From positions 1-34,729 of the forward strand of contig JBGQHJ010000036.1 in the NCBI GenBank assembly GCA_041497895.1: a stretch of DNA of 34,729 nt. Reading direction: 5' to 3'. Positions 7,023 to 15,764 of this stretch are shown in pieces (the stretch's first letter is position 1; each line of letters starts with the position of its first letter). The position numbers and the translations under genes were made by a program. The DNA is from Candidatus Methylomirabilia bacterium. Its GTDB lineage: Bacteria > Methylomirabilota > Methylomirabilia > Rokubacteriales > CSP1-6. The notes under the pieces were generated by a model. That model had not been told where the DNA came from and did no database searches. It saw nothing but the letters and a program-made list of their open reading frames with translations.

Positions 7023-8186
7023 TCAGAGCGCCATCTGCTTGGCGATGATCTCCTTCATGATCTCGGAGGTCCCGCCGCCGATCGTCATGAGGCGCATGTC
7101 CCGGAAGAAGCGCTCGATCGGGTACTCGCGCATGTAGCCGTAGCCCCCGTGGAGCTGCACGCACTCGTAGGCGACCTTCTGGGCCATCTCGGCGGTGAAC
7201 AGCTTCACCATCGAGATCTCCTTCACCGCGTCCTCCCGGTCCCGGAACTTGAGGCAGGCCGCGTAGGTGAGCCAGCGCCCGGCCTCGATCAGGGTGGCCA
7301 GGTCGGCGATGCGATGGCGGACCACCTGCTTGCCGGAGAGCGGCCCGTCGAAGACCTGCCGCTGCTGCACGTAGGCGATGGTGTCCTCGAGGGCCCGCTC
7401 GCAGCCGGCCACCGCGTGCAGCCCCGCCACCAGCCGCTCGCGCTGGAAGACGCGCATGACTTCATAGAAGCCGCCGCCTTCCTGCCCGAGGAGGTTCCCG
7501 GCCGGCACCCGCATGTCCTGGAAGACCAGCTCGGCGGTGTCCGAGGCGCGGTTGCCCATCTTGTCGAGCTTGCGGCTCACCGTGAACCCCGGCGTCCCGC
7601 GCTCGACCAGGAACATCGAGATCCCCCGATGCCGCTTCCCACCCTCTCCCCCCTGGGGAGAGGAGGCCTGGATCCGCGCGGCCACGAAGTACAGATCCGC
7701 CATCACCCCGTTGGTGATGAACATCTTCGAGCCGTTCAGTATGTAGTGCTCGCCGTCGCGCACCGCGCGCGTGCGGATCGCGGCCACGTCGGAGCCGCCG
7801 CCGGGCTCGGTCACCGCGATGGCGGTGAGCGCCTCCCCCCGGCAGATCGCGGGCAGGTAGCGCTCCTTGAGCGCCTCGCTCCCCGTCCAGTAGAGGTGGG
7901 GCGAGGCCATGTCGGTGTGCACGCCGACCGCCATGGCCAGCGAGGCGCAGCGGGCCCGGGCCATCTCCTCGCAGAGCACCGCGGTGGTGAGGACGTCGGC
8001 GCCGGCGCCGCCGTACTTCTCGTCGTACTCCACACCGAGGAAGCCGAGCGCGCCCATGCGCGGCCAGATCGACTTGGGGATCTGGCCGGCCTCCTCCCAC
8101 TCCTCGACGTGCGGCTCGACCTCCTTCTGGACGAAGGCCCGCACCGCCTGCCGGAACATGTCGTGGTGCTCGTCGAAGATCTTCAT
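7023..8186 (-). CDS. Acyl-CoA dehydrogenase (LCAD/IVD-type catalytic arrangement)
   Basis: AVTEPGGGSD, LNGSKMFITNG, FQRERL, QLHGGYGY, IGGGTSEI. Confidence 0.93.
   Translation of the reverse strand: MKIFDEHHDMFRQAVRAFVQKEVEPHVEEWEEAGQIPKSIWPRMGALGFLGVEYDEKYGGAGADVLTTAVLCEEMARARCASLAMAVGVHTDMASPHLYWTGSEALKERYLPAICRGEALTAIAVTEPGGGSDVAAIRTRAVRDGEHYILNGSKMFITNGVMADLYFVAARIQASSPQGGEGGKRHRGISMFLVERGTPGFTVSRKLDKMGNRASDTAELVFQDMRVPAGNLLGQEGGGFYEVMRVFQRERLVAGLHAVAGCERALEDTIAYVQQRQVFDGPLSGKQVVRHRIADLATLIEAGRWLTYAACLKFRDREDAVKEISMVKLFTAEMAQKVAYECVQLHGGYGYMREYPIERFFRDMRLMTIGGGTSEIMKEIIAKQMAL
7643..7663. repeat. REP-like palindrome lying in frame inside the acyl-CoA dehydrogenase
   Basis: cctctcccc-cct-ggggagagg perfect 9-bp stem; same core as the units at 25924-26005. 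Confidence 0.65.
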
Positions 8187-8193
8187 GCGCTCG

Positions 8194-8199
8194 AGTCTA
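8194..8199 (-). promoter_or_regulatory. Putative -10 box (TAGACT) for a leaderless acyl-CoA dehydrogenase transcript
   Basis: Minus strand reads TAGACT-cgagcgc-ATG. Confidence 0.5.
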
Positions 8200-8206
8200 C
8201 TCCGGC

Positions 8207-9733
8207 CTACTCGCGGCCGTCACCCCACCGGGCCTTGACCGCGTCCCGGTCCACGGAGCCGTCGGCGCCCCGCGGCAGGGCCTCGGTGAACACCACCACC
8301 TGCGGGCGCTTGAAGCGCGCGATCCGCTCCCCGACGAAGTCGCTCACCTGCTGGGCGGTGAGCGGGGTCCCGGCCGCGACCTCCACCACCGCCTTGACCG
8401 CCTCGCCCCAGCGCGGGTCCGGCACCCCGTAGACGCAGGCCCCGGAGACCTCGTGCATCTGCACGATGACGGTCTCCACCTCGGCCGGGTAGACGTTCTC
8501 GCCGCCCGGCTTGATCAGCTCCTTCTCCGGCTTGCGCTTGACGTAGTGCAGGTAGCCGTCGGCCTCGAGCCGCCCCACGTCGCCGGTGTGGTGCCAGCCG
8601 TTGCGGAAGGTGTACGCGGTCACGTCGAGCTGGTCGAAGTAGCCCTGGAAGACCAGCGGGCCTCGCACCACGATCTCGCCCGGCGTGCCGACCGGCACCT
8701 CGCGGTCGTAGTCGTCCACCACGCGGACCTGTGCCGCGGGCACCGGCCGGCCGGAGGCCCCCGGCTTGTCGGTCACCGGCTGGATGGTGACGAAGCCGCT
8801 CGTCTCCGACTGGCCGAAGCCGGTCCAGAACCGGGCCCGCGTCCGGTCGTGCAGGCGCTGGATGGTCTGGGGCGCGTCGAGCCCGGACACGTGGGTCAGG
8901 CTCGGCAGCGCGCTCCCGAGCTTCTCGGCCGCGTCGAGCAGGCTCGCCAGCACCGGCGGGAAGTCGGAGACGTGGGCCACCTGGTGCCGGTCGATCAGGC
9001 GTACCGCTTCCTCGGCGTCGAAGCGCGGCACGATCACCACCGCGGCTCCCGCGTGGAGGTGGGCCAGGGACATCCCCAGCGCGGTGACGTGGAAGAGCGG
9101 CAGCACCGCCAGGTACCGATCCCGCGCGGTGAGACCGAGCGCCGCGATCGCGGTGAGGTTGGCGGTGATGATGTTGGCGTGGGTGAGCACCGCGCCCCGC
9201 GGGATCACGTCCACCGCCGCGGTGGAGATCACCGCGAAGGCGTCGCCGGGCCCGACCGCGGCGGGTGGCGGCGCCCCCGGGCGGTAGAGCGCGCCGAACG
9301 CGCTGAACCCGGCCCCCGCCTCCGCGCCCAGCTGGTAGCGGTGCGGCACCGCCTTCGCCTCGAGCCAGTCGCCCACCAGCGGGCGCGTGGCCGCGTCCAC
9401 CACCATCATGGCCGGCCGGGCGCGCTCCACCACCCGCTCCACCTCGGGCCCGGTGAGCCGCCAGTTGATCGGGTAGGCGACGATGCCCTGTCGCGCGCAG
9501 GCGCCGTAGAGGTCGACGTAGGCCGCGTCGTTCTGGGCGAGGACGCACACTCGCTCGCCGCGGTCGATCCCGAGGGCCGCCAACCCCCCGGCCAGCTCGT
9601 CGACCCGGCGCTGCAGCTCCCCGAACGACACCGTCCGCTCGCCCTGGATCACCGCGGAGGCGTCGCGCTGGACCGCGGCCCCCCGCGCGATCACGTCGTA
9701 GACGGTGAAGGCGTGGACGCTCAGCTCAGCCAC
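8207..9733 (-). CDS. AMP-binding acyl-CoA ligase-like protein with degenerate motifs
   Basis: LPLFHV, GFGQSET, WHHTGD, IKPGGENVYPAEVE; P-loop reads STAAVDVIPRG; GTG start overlaps the upstream ATPase. Confidence 0.85.
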   Translation of the reverse strand: MAELSVHAFTVYDVIARGAAVQRDASAVIQGERTVSFGELQRRVDELAGGLAALGIDRGERVCVLAQNDAAYVDLYGACARQGIVAYPINWRLTGPEVERVVERARPAMMVVDAATRPLVGDWLEAKAVPHRYQLGAEAGAGFSAFGALYRPGAPPPAAVGPGDAFAVISTAAVDVIPRGAVLTHANIITANLTAIAALGLTARDRYLAVLPLFHVTALGMSLAHLHAGAAVVIVPRFDAEEAVRLIDRHQVAHVSDFPPVLASLLDAAEKLGSALPSLTHVSGLDAPQTIQRLHDRTRARFWTGFGQSETSGFVTIQPVTDKPGASGRPVPAAQVRVVDDYDREVPVGTPGEIVVRGPLVFQGYFDQLDVTAYTFRNGWHHTGDVGRLEADGYLHYVKRKPEKELIKPGGENVYPAEVETVIVQMHEVSGACVYGVPDPRWGEAVKAVVEVAAGTPLTAQQVSDFVGERIARFKRPQVVVFTEALPRGADGSVDRDAVKARWGDGRE

Positions 9734-10518
9734 CGCTTTCTCCGCTTGTAGTGCTTCACGTCACGGTAGGACTTGCGCGCGCCCACCTCGGTGAGTCCCA
9801 GGTAGAACTCCTTGATGTCGGCATTTGCGCGCAGCGCGTCCCCGGCCCCTTCGAGCACGATCCGGCCGTTTTCCATCACGTAGCCGTGCTCGGCGATGCC
9901 CAGGGCGAGGGCGGCGTTCTGCTCGACCAGAAGCACCGTGAGCTTCTGCTCGCGATTCAGACGCTGCACGATCTTGAAGATCTCCTCGACGAGCATCGGG
10001 GCCAGTCCGAGGGACGGCTCGTCGAGGAGGATGACCCGGGGGTCGGCCATCAGGGCCCGACCGATCACGAGCATCTGCTGCTCGCCGCCCGAAAGGTACC
10101 CGGCCTGGACGGAGCGTCGCTCTTTGAGCCGGGGAAAGTACTGGAACACCCGCTCGATCCCGGTCGCCACCCGCTGACGATCGGATTGAATATGGGCTCC
10201 CGCAATCAGGTTCTCCTCGGTGGTCAGGTGCTCGAAGACCCGCCGCCCCTCGAAGACCTGCACCACCCCGCGCCGGACCACCTCGTAGGCGGCGAGATGA
10301 TCGATGCGCTGGCCGCCGAGCTCGATGGACCCTTTCGTCACTTCACCCCGCTCGGTCCGGAGCAGCCCGGAGATGGCCTTCAGGGTGGTGGTCTTTCCGG
10401 CTCCGTTGGCACCGAGCAACGTGGTGATGCCGCCCTCGCGCACCTCCAGCGACACCCCCTTGAGGACGAGGATGACACCGTCGTAGATCACCTCGACGTT
10501 GTTGAGACTCAGCATCAT
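9721..10518 (-). CDS. livF: HAAT/LIV ABC transporter ATP-binding protein (LivF-like), cassette B
   Basis: GANGAGKT, LSGGEQQ, ILLDEPSLGLAP, VEQN. Confidence 0.92.
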   Translation of the reverse strand: MMLSLNNVEVIYDGVILVLKGVSLEVREGGITTLLGANGAGKTTTLKAISGLLRTERGEVTKGSIELGGQRIDHLAAYEVVRRGVVQVFEGRRVFEHLTTEENLIAGAHIQSDRQRVATGIERVFQYFPRLKERRSVQAGYLSGGEQQMLVIGRALMADPRVILLDEPSLGLAPMLVEEIFKIVQRLNREQKLTVLLVEQNAALALGIAEHGYVMENGRIVLEGAGDALRANADIKEFYLGLTEVGARKSYRDVKHYKRRKRWLS

Positions 10519-10523
10519 GTGGT

Positions 10524-10554
10524 GGCGCCGGAGGGGGTCCCCCCCTCCGGCGCC
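10524..10554. promoter_or_regulatory. Perfect 14-bp stem-loop between the binding-protein gene and the ATPase gene, lying between SD and start codon
   Basis: ggcgccggaggggg-tcc-ccccctccggcgcc; GGAGGA at 10557-10562 on the minus strand. Confidence 0.75.
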
Positions 10555-10598
10555 TGTCCTCCGTGTGCGGCGGCTCGCCGCGGCCTGGGACGGGACGC

Positions 10599-11849
10599 CT
10601 ACGACTTCGCCGCTTCCTTGATGTGCTTGGCCAGCACCTCCGGGTAGGCGGAGAACCAGTCGGTGGTCTTGACGAACTTGCCGCCCTTCACCTGCCAGAT
10701 CTGGACGAGCCCGCCGCCCTCGTGATCGGTCGGGGTGATCTTCAGGGGCGGCACGAGCCCACCGAGGGTGAAGTTGGAGATCTGCTCGAAGCCGGCCTTG
10801 ACGTCCGCCCCGGTGATCTTGCCGTTCGGCTTGGCCTTCAGGGCATTCCGGATGGCCTCGACGTGGAGGGCCGCGATCAGCACCCCACGGTTATAGAAGA
10901 CGGAAGACGCCATCTCCTTCGGCGCCGGCTTGCCCGCCTTCTTGTACATCTCGCGGATCTCGTTCAGGACCGGATAGTCGGTGCCGACACCCGCGAACTG
11001 CATCGTGTAGTAGCCCTCCGCGGCCGCGAAGCCGCCCGCGGCCTCGATGTTGGCCTCGGCCGACGCCCACACGAACCCGAGGACCTTCTTCAGCGGATAG
11101 CCCACCCGCTTGAGCTCCTTGATCGACACCGCGGGGGCCCCACCGAAGAGGTGGGAGATCACGAAGTCGGCCCGGTACCGCTGGGCGATGTCGAGCACCT
11201 GCGCGCCCATCTCGACACCGGGAGGCGGAACCGCGAACTCCCGGAGCTGGAAGCCTTCTCGGCCCGCCAGGTCCTGGAGCACCTGGATCGGCTCGCGCCC
11301 GGCCGGATTGTCAAAGAAGATGTACGCGATCTTCTTGCCCTTGAGGTTCCCGCCCAGCTGGTCCTTGACGAACTTGATCGAGGCGGTCGCCTGAGACCAG
11401 TAGGTCGCCGCGATGGGGAAGATGTACGGGTACCGGGTCCCGTCCGCGGCCGCGGCACTGCCGAAGCCGGGGGAGGTGCCGGGAAGCCGGTCCTCGGTCA
11501 GCTTCGCAGCCAGGGCGTAGATCTGCGGCGTGCCGTAGACCGCGATCGATACCGCCCCCTCCTTCTTGAAGCGCTCGTACGACTCCACCGCGGGCGGCAC
11601 CTTGTACTCGTGGTCGACCTCCAGGGCGTTGATCTTGTGGCCTTCGACTCCCCCCTTGCTGTTCACCAGTTCGATGTAGTCGTGGAAACCCGGACACAGG
11701 ACGGTGCCCACGATCTGGGTCGCCCCGGTGCGGTCGCACTGCACACCGATGACGACGTCGCCCTTGGACTGGGCGATGGACGGGGCGGGGGTGAGCAGGC
11801 CGCTCCCTCCCAGCACGAGCGCCATCGCGATTGCCAGCACGTGTCTCAT
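10599..11849 (-). CDS. ABC transporter substrate-binding protein (LivK/PBP type 1), cassette B
   Basis: Signal peptide, DRTG, NSKGGVEG, DHEYKVP; GAAAGGAG SD; operon context. Confidence 0.9.
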   Translation of the reverse strand: MRHVLAIAMALVLGGSGLLTPAPSIAQSKGDVVIGVQCDRTGATQIVGTVLCPGFHDYIELVNSKGGVEGHKINALEVDHEYKVPPAVESYERFKKEGAVSIAVYGTPQIYALAAKLTEDRLPGTSPGFGSAAAADGTRYPYIFPIAATYWSQATASIKFVKDQLGGNLKGKKIAYIFFDNPAGREPIQVLQDLAGREGFQLREFAVPPPGVEMGAQVLDIAQRYRADFVISHLFGGAPAVSIKELKRVGYPLKKVLGFVWASAEANIEAAGGFAAAEGYYTMQFAGVGTDYPVLNEIREMYKKAGKPAPKEMASSVFYNRGVLIAALHVEAIRNALKAKPNGKITGADVKAGFEQISNFTLGGLVPPLKITPTDHEGGGLVQIWQVKGGKFVKTTDWFSAYPEVLAKHIKEAAKS

Positions 11850-11874
11850 GAGCGTTCTCCTTTCATCGCGTACC

Positions 11875-12942
11875 TCAGTACGCGAATGGCCAGATCCGGA
11901 AGTAGTTCCGGATGTTCCGCCACAGGCGGTTGAGGCCCTCCGGCTCCACGATCAGGAAGAAGATGATCAGGGCGCCGAAGAGCATGACACGGAGATTCGG
12001 GATGAGGTTGAGGACGGTGCCCGGGTCGAAGAACACCCCGCCGAAGCTCTCCATGAGGCGTCGGATCACGATCGGCAGCAGCGTGATGAAGAAGGCGCCG
12101 AAGATCGAGCCCTGGACCGACCCCAGACCCCCGATGATGATCATGGCCAGGTAGTCGACCGACACCCCGAGCTGGAACTGCTCGTAGTTCGCGATCCCGA
12201 GGAAGTAGGTGTACACCACGCCGGTCACCCCGGCATAGAAGGACGAGATGGCAAACGCCAGAAGCTTGTAGCGAAAGATGTTGATCCCGATGATCTCGGC
12301 CGCGATGTCCTGGTCGCGGATGGCGATGAAGGCTCGCCCGACCCGGGATCTCACGAGGTTCATGGCGCCGAGCGTCGCCAGGACCACGAAGAAGAGGAGG
12401 AAGTAGTACATGTCGCGCTGGGTGTCGAGCGCCATGGACCCGAGCCGCGGTCGCGCCACCTCGATCGAGGCTTGCACCCCCCCGCTGATGAAGGTCACGT
12501 GGTTGATGATCCACTCGATGATGAACTGCCCGGCGAGGGTCGCGATGGCCAGGTAGAGGCCCTTGATGCGGAGGGAGGGAATGCCGACGATCACTCCGAT
12601 GAGCGCGGCCATGATTCCCCCGGCCAGGAGATTCACCGGCCACGGCGAGCCAAGCCGGTTGGCCAGATTGGCCGCGGTGTAGGCGCCGACCGACATGAAG
12701 GCCCCGTGGCCGATCGACACCTGCCCGGTGTAGCCGACCAGGATGTTGAGACCGAGCGCGCCGATGACCGCGATCCAGACCAGGTTGGCGACCGAAAGGT
12801 AGTACTCTCCCAGGCCGAGCGGAACGATCCCGACGAAGACCACCGCGACGGCCCCGACGGCCCAGCGGGCGATCGGGAGCGGGTACAGCGCCATGTCCGC
12901 CTCGTAGCTGGTCTTGAGCACTCCGCATTCGCGATGGATCAT
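11875..12942 (-). CDS. livM: HAAT ABC transporter permease (LivM-like), cassette B
   Basis: GLNILVGYTGQVSIGH, LRIKGLYLAIATLA, IIGGLGS. Confidence 0.92.
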   Translation of the reverse strand: MIHRECGVLKTSYEADMALYPLPIARWAVGAVAVVFVGIVPLGLGEYYLSVANLVWIAVIGALGLNILVGYTGQVSIGHGAFMSVGAYTAANLANRLGSPWPVNLLAGGIMAALIGVIVGIPSLRIKGLYLAIATLAGQFIIEWIINHVTFISGGVQASIEVARPRLGSMALDTQRDMYYFLLFFVVLATLGAMNLVRSRVGRAFIAIRDQDIAAEIIGINIFRYKLLAFAISSFYAGVTGVVYTYFLGIANYEQFQLGVSVDYLAMIIIGGLGSVQGSIFGAFFITLLPIVIRRLMESFGGVFFDPGTVLNLIPNLRVMLFGALIIFFLIVEPEGLNRLWRNIRNYFRIWPFAY

Positions 12943-12946
12943 CGCT

Positions 12947-13843
12947 CTAGATCCTTTCGATGATCTTCTTGCCGAAGATGCCGTAGGGCCGGATCATGAG
13001 GGCCAGGATCATCAGGACGTACGGTGCGAAGTCCTTGGTGCCGCCGCCCACGTATGGGTCCACGTAGCCGGCGGTCACGTTCTCGACCAATCCCACGATC
13101 AGCCCTCCGACGACGGCCCCCGGTATCGAGTCGAGCCCCCCCAGGATCACGACCGGGAACACTTTCAGGCCGACCAGGGAGAGATTGATGTCGACGCCGA
13201 GCAGGTTCCCCCAGATGATGCCCCCGATCGCGGAGACGACCCCGGTCATGGCCCAGGCGAGCCCGAAGTAGCGCTCCACGTTGATCCCCATGGCCATCGC
13301 GACCTGCTGGTTGTCGGCGATGGCGCGCATGGCGATGCCCTTCCGGGACTTGAGGAAGAACCAGCCGAAGCCTCCCAGGAACGCGAGGCTGACCAGCGCA
13401 CCGAGGAGCTGGATGGGCGGGATGAACAGGGGGCCCACCACGATCGGCTCGTCAGGAATGGGCAACGGCAGCGTCCGGGTTCCCGCGCCGACCGTGGCCG
13501 GGCCGACGCCGCGCAGGATCGAGGCGAGCCCGATCGTGGCCATCACCACCGCGATCACCGGCCGACCGATCAGCCTGCGCAGCATGATTCGCTCCAAAAC
13601 GAAGCCGAAGGCCACCATGGCGCTCAGGCCGATCAGGATGGCCACCCACAGCGGCGCCCGCAGGAGGTCCAGGGCTCCGGCCACCACCAGACCGGCGATC
13701 ATCACGAACTCGCCCTGGGCGAAGTTCACCGCGTCGGTGGCCTTGTACACGAGGACGAACCCGAGCGCGATCAGCGTGTACATCAGGCCGATCATGATGC
13801 CGTTCGACAGCAGCAGGAGCAGGAATCCGAAGTCGTCAGACAC
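12947..13843 (-). CDS. livH: HAAT ABC transporter permease (LivH-like), cassette B
   Basis: YTLIALGFVLVY, NFAQGE, GIAMRAIADN, ILGGLDS, RPYGIFG; GTG start at 13843 with GGAGG SD. Confidence 0.9.
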   Translation of the reverse strand: MSDDFGFLLLLLSNGIMIGLMYTLIALGFVLVYKATDAVNFAQGEFVMIAGLVVAGALDLLRAPLWVAILIGLSAMVAFGFVLERIMLRRLIGRPVIAVVMATIGLASILRGVGPATVGAGTRTLPLPIPDEPIVVGPLFIPPIQLLGALVSLAFLGGFGWFFLKSRKGIAMRAIADNQQVAMAMGINVERYFGLAWAMTGVVSAIGGIIWGNLLGVDINLSLVGLKVFPVVILGGLDSIPGAVVGGLIVGLVENVTAGYVDPYVGGGTKDFAPYVLMILALMIRPYGIFGKKIIERI

Positions 13844-15764
13844 GGGCCGCGGCCTCCGCGACGTCCTCGATGCTGACGCGCGACTGGATGGTCGCCTGTC
13901 GGCCATCCTCGTAGGTGATGCTCGTCGAGAGCTCGGCTTCCGCCGCCCCACCGTACAGCGCATCGATCACCGTCGCGTACTTGTCGGCCACGTAGCGACG
14001 CCGCACCTTGCGGGTCCGCGTGATCTCCGCGTCGTCGGCCTCCAGATCCTTGGTGAGCAGGAGGAAGCGCCGGATCCTCGTGCCCTCCGGCAGCGTCTGG
14101 TTGCCCCGGCGGATCTCGTCGCGAATCATCTCACGCACCTCCGGCTTCTGGGAGAGATCCATGTATGACGTGTAGGCGATGCCTCGCCGCTCCGCCCAGT
14201 TCCCCACCGTATCCGGGTCGATCGCGATCATGGCGGCCACGAATGGCTTGTCGTGGCCAAACGCGACGGCCTCCCGGACGTAGGGGCTGAACTTCAGCTT
14301 GTTCTCGATGAACTGCGGAGCGAACGGGGTGCCGTCCGTGAGCGCGCCGACATCCTTGGCTCGGTCGATGATGACCAGATGGCCCCGGGGGTCGATGAAG
14401 CCCGCGTCGCCGGTCCGGAACCAGCCGTCGGGGTCGATCACCTCCCGGGTCGCCTCCTCGTTCCGGAAGTAGCCCTTGAACACCGTGCACCCCTTCACCA
14501 GGACCTCGCCGCGGTCTCCGATCTTGATCTCCACCCCGGGCACCGGCCGCCCGGCGGTGGTGGGATTCGCTTCCCGGTCGGGCTGCAGCGAGACGAGCCC
14601 GGTCGTCTCGGTGGATCCGTACACCTGCTTGAGGTTCACCCCGATCGAGCGGAAGAAGCGGAAGGTATCGGGTCCGAGGGGCGCGCCGCCGGTCAGCGCC
14701 CACTTCGTCCGCCGGAGGCCCAGCTGGTCGCGCACCGGACCGTACACGAAGAACTCGCCGAGAGCGGTGGCCAGTCTCAGGCGGGCCGGCAGCGGCTTGC
14801 CCTCCGTTCTCAGGATCTCGGCGCGATCCGCCGCCGCGCGGAAGTAGTCGAAGGTCCGGCGCTTGAGCGGCGTGGCGTCGGCCGCCCGCACCAGGACCGC
14901 GGTGAGCATGTTCTCCCAGATCCGCGGCGGGGCGAGGAGCGTGGAGGGCCCCAGCTCCCGCAGGTCGCGCTGCACCGTCTCCGGGCTCTCGGGGCAGTTG
15001 GCGCAGAAGCCGGCCACCAGGCTGGCGAAGAGCGTGTAAACCGAGTCCCCCGCCCAGGCCATCGGCAGGTACGCGAGCGAAGTATCCTCCGGGACGAGAC
15101 GCGACGCTTGCCGGAAGCTCTCCGCCACCCCGATCGCGTTGGCGTGGGTGATCATCGCGCCCTTGGGATTGCCGGTGGTGCCGGAGGTGTAGGAGATGAC
15201 GGCCACGTCCTCGGCGCGGCCCAGCTCGATCTCGTTCTCGAAGAAGCCCGGATGCTCGACACCGAACTTCCGGCCGGCCTCCTGCACGTCTTCGAAGGAC
15301 CTGAGCCAGTCGTGCCGGTAGCCGGTCATCCCCCGTGGGTCGTCGTACACGACGAGGCGGAGGGACCGCAGCTCGTCGCGCAGGGCCAGGACCTTGTCGA
15401 CCTGCTCCTGGTCCTCGGCCACGATCACGCTCACCTCCGCGTGGTTCCAGACGTAGGCCAGCTCCTTGGCGATCGAGTCCTGGTAGACCGGCACCGAGAT
15501 CCCGCCCAGACTCTGCGCCGCCACCTGGGCCCAGTACAGGCGCGGCCGGTTGTCCCCGATGACGGAAAGCCGATCGCCGCGACGTAAGCCGAGGGACGCC
15601 AGGCCCAGCGCCAGATCCCGCACCTGCTCGTGGTACTGGCGCCAGTTCCAGGTCTGCCAGATACCGCGATCCTTCTCACGCATCGCCGGCCGGGCGCCGA
15701 GCTCGCGCGCATTGCGCTGCAGCAAGCGGGGAAGCGTCGTCAGATCAGGCATTCTGGTCTCCAT
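13836..15764 (-). CDS. Long-chain fatty-acid-CoA ligase, cassette B
   Basis: YTSGTTGNPKG, YLPMAW, YGSTET, FRTGDAG, IIDRAKD, TRTRKVRR; start is ATG 15764 or 15752. Confidence 0.9.
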   Translation of the reverse strand: METRMPDLTTLPRLLQRNARELGARPAMREKDRGIWQTWNWRQYHEQVRDLALGLASLGLRRGDRLSVIGDNRPRLYWAQVAAQSLGGISVPVYQDSIAKELAYVWNHAEVSVIVAEDQEQVDKVLALRDELRSLRLVVYDDPRGMTGYRHDWLRSFEDVQEAGRKFGVEHPGFFENEIELGRAEDVAVISYTSGTTGNPKGAMITHANAIGVAESFRQASRLVPEDTSLAYLPMAWAGDSVYTLFASLVAGFCANCPESPETVQRDLRELGPSTLLAPPRIWENMLTAVLVRAADATPLKRRTFDYFRAAADRAEILRTEGKPLPARLRLATALGEFFVYGPVRDQLGLRRTKWALTGGAPLGPDTFRFFRSIGVNLKQVYGSTETTGLVSLQPDREANPTTAGRPVPGVEIKIGDRGEVLVKGCTVFKGYFRNEEATREVIDPDGWFRTGDAGFIDPRGHLVIIDRAKDVGALTDGTPFAPQFIENKLKFSPYVREAVAFGHDKPFVAAMIAIDPDTVGNWAERRGIAYTSYMDLSQKPEVREMIRDEIRRGNQTLPEGTRIRRFLLLTKDLEADDAEITRTRKVRRRYVADKYATVIDALYGGAAEAELSTSITYEDGRQATIQSRVSIEDVAEAAARV

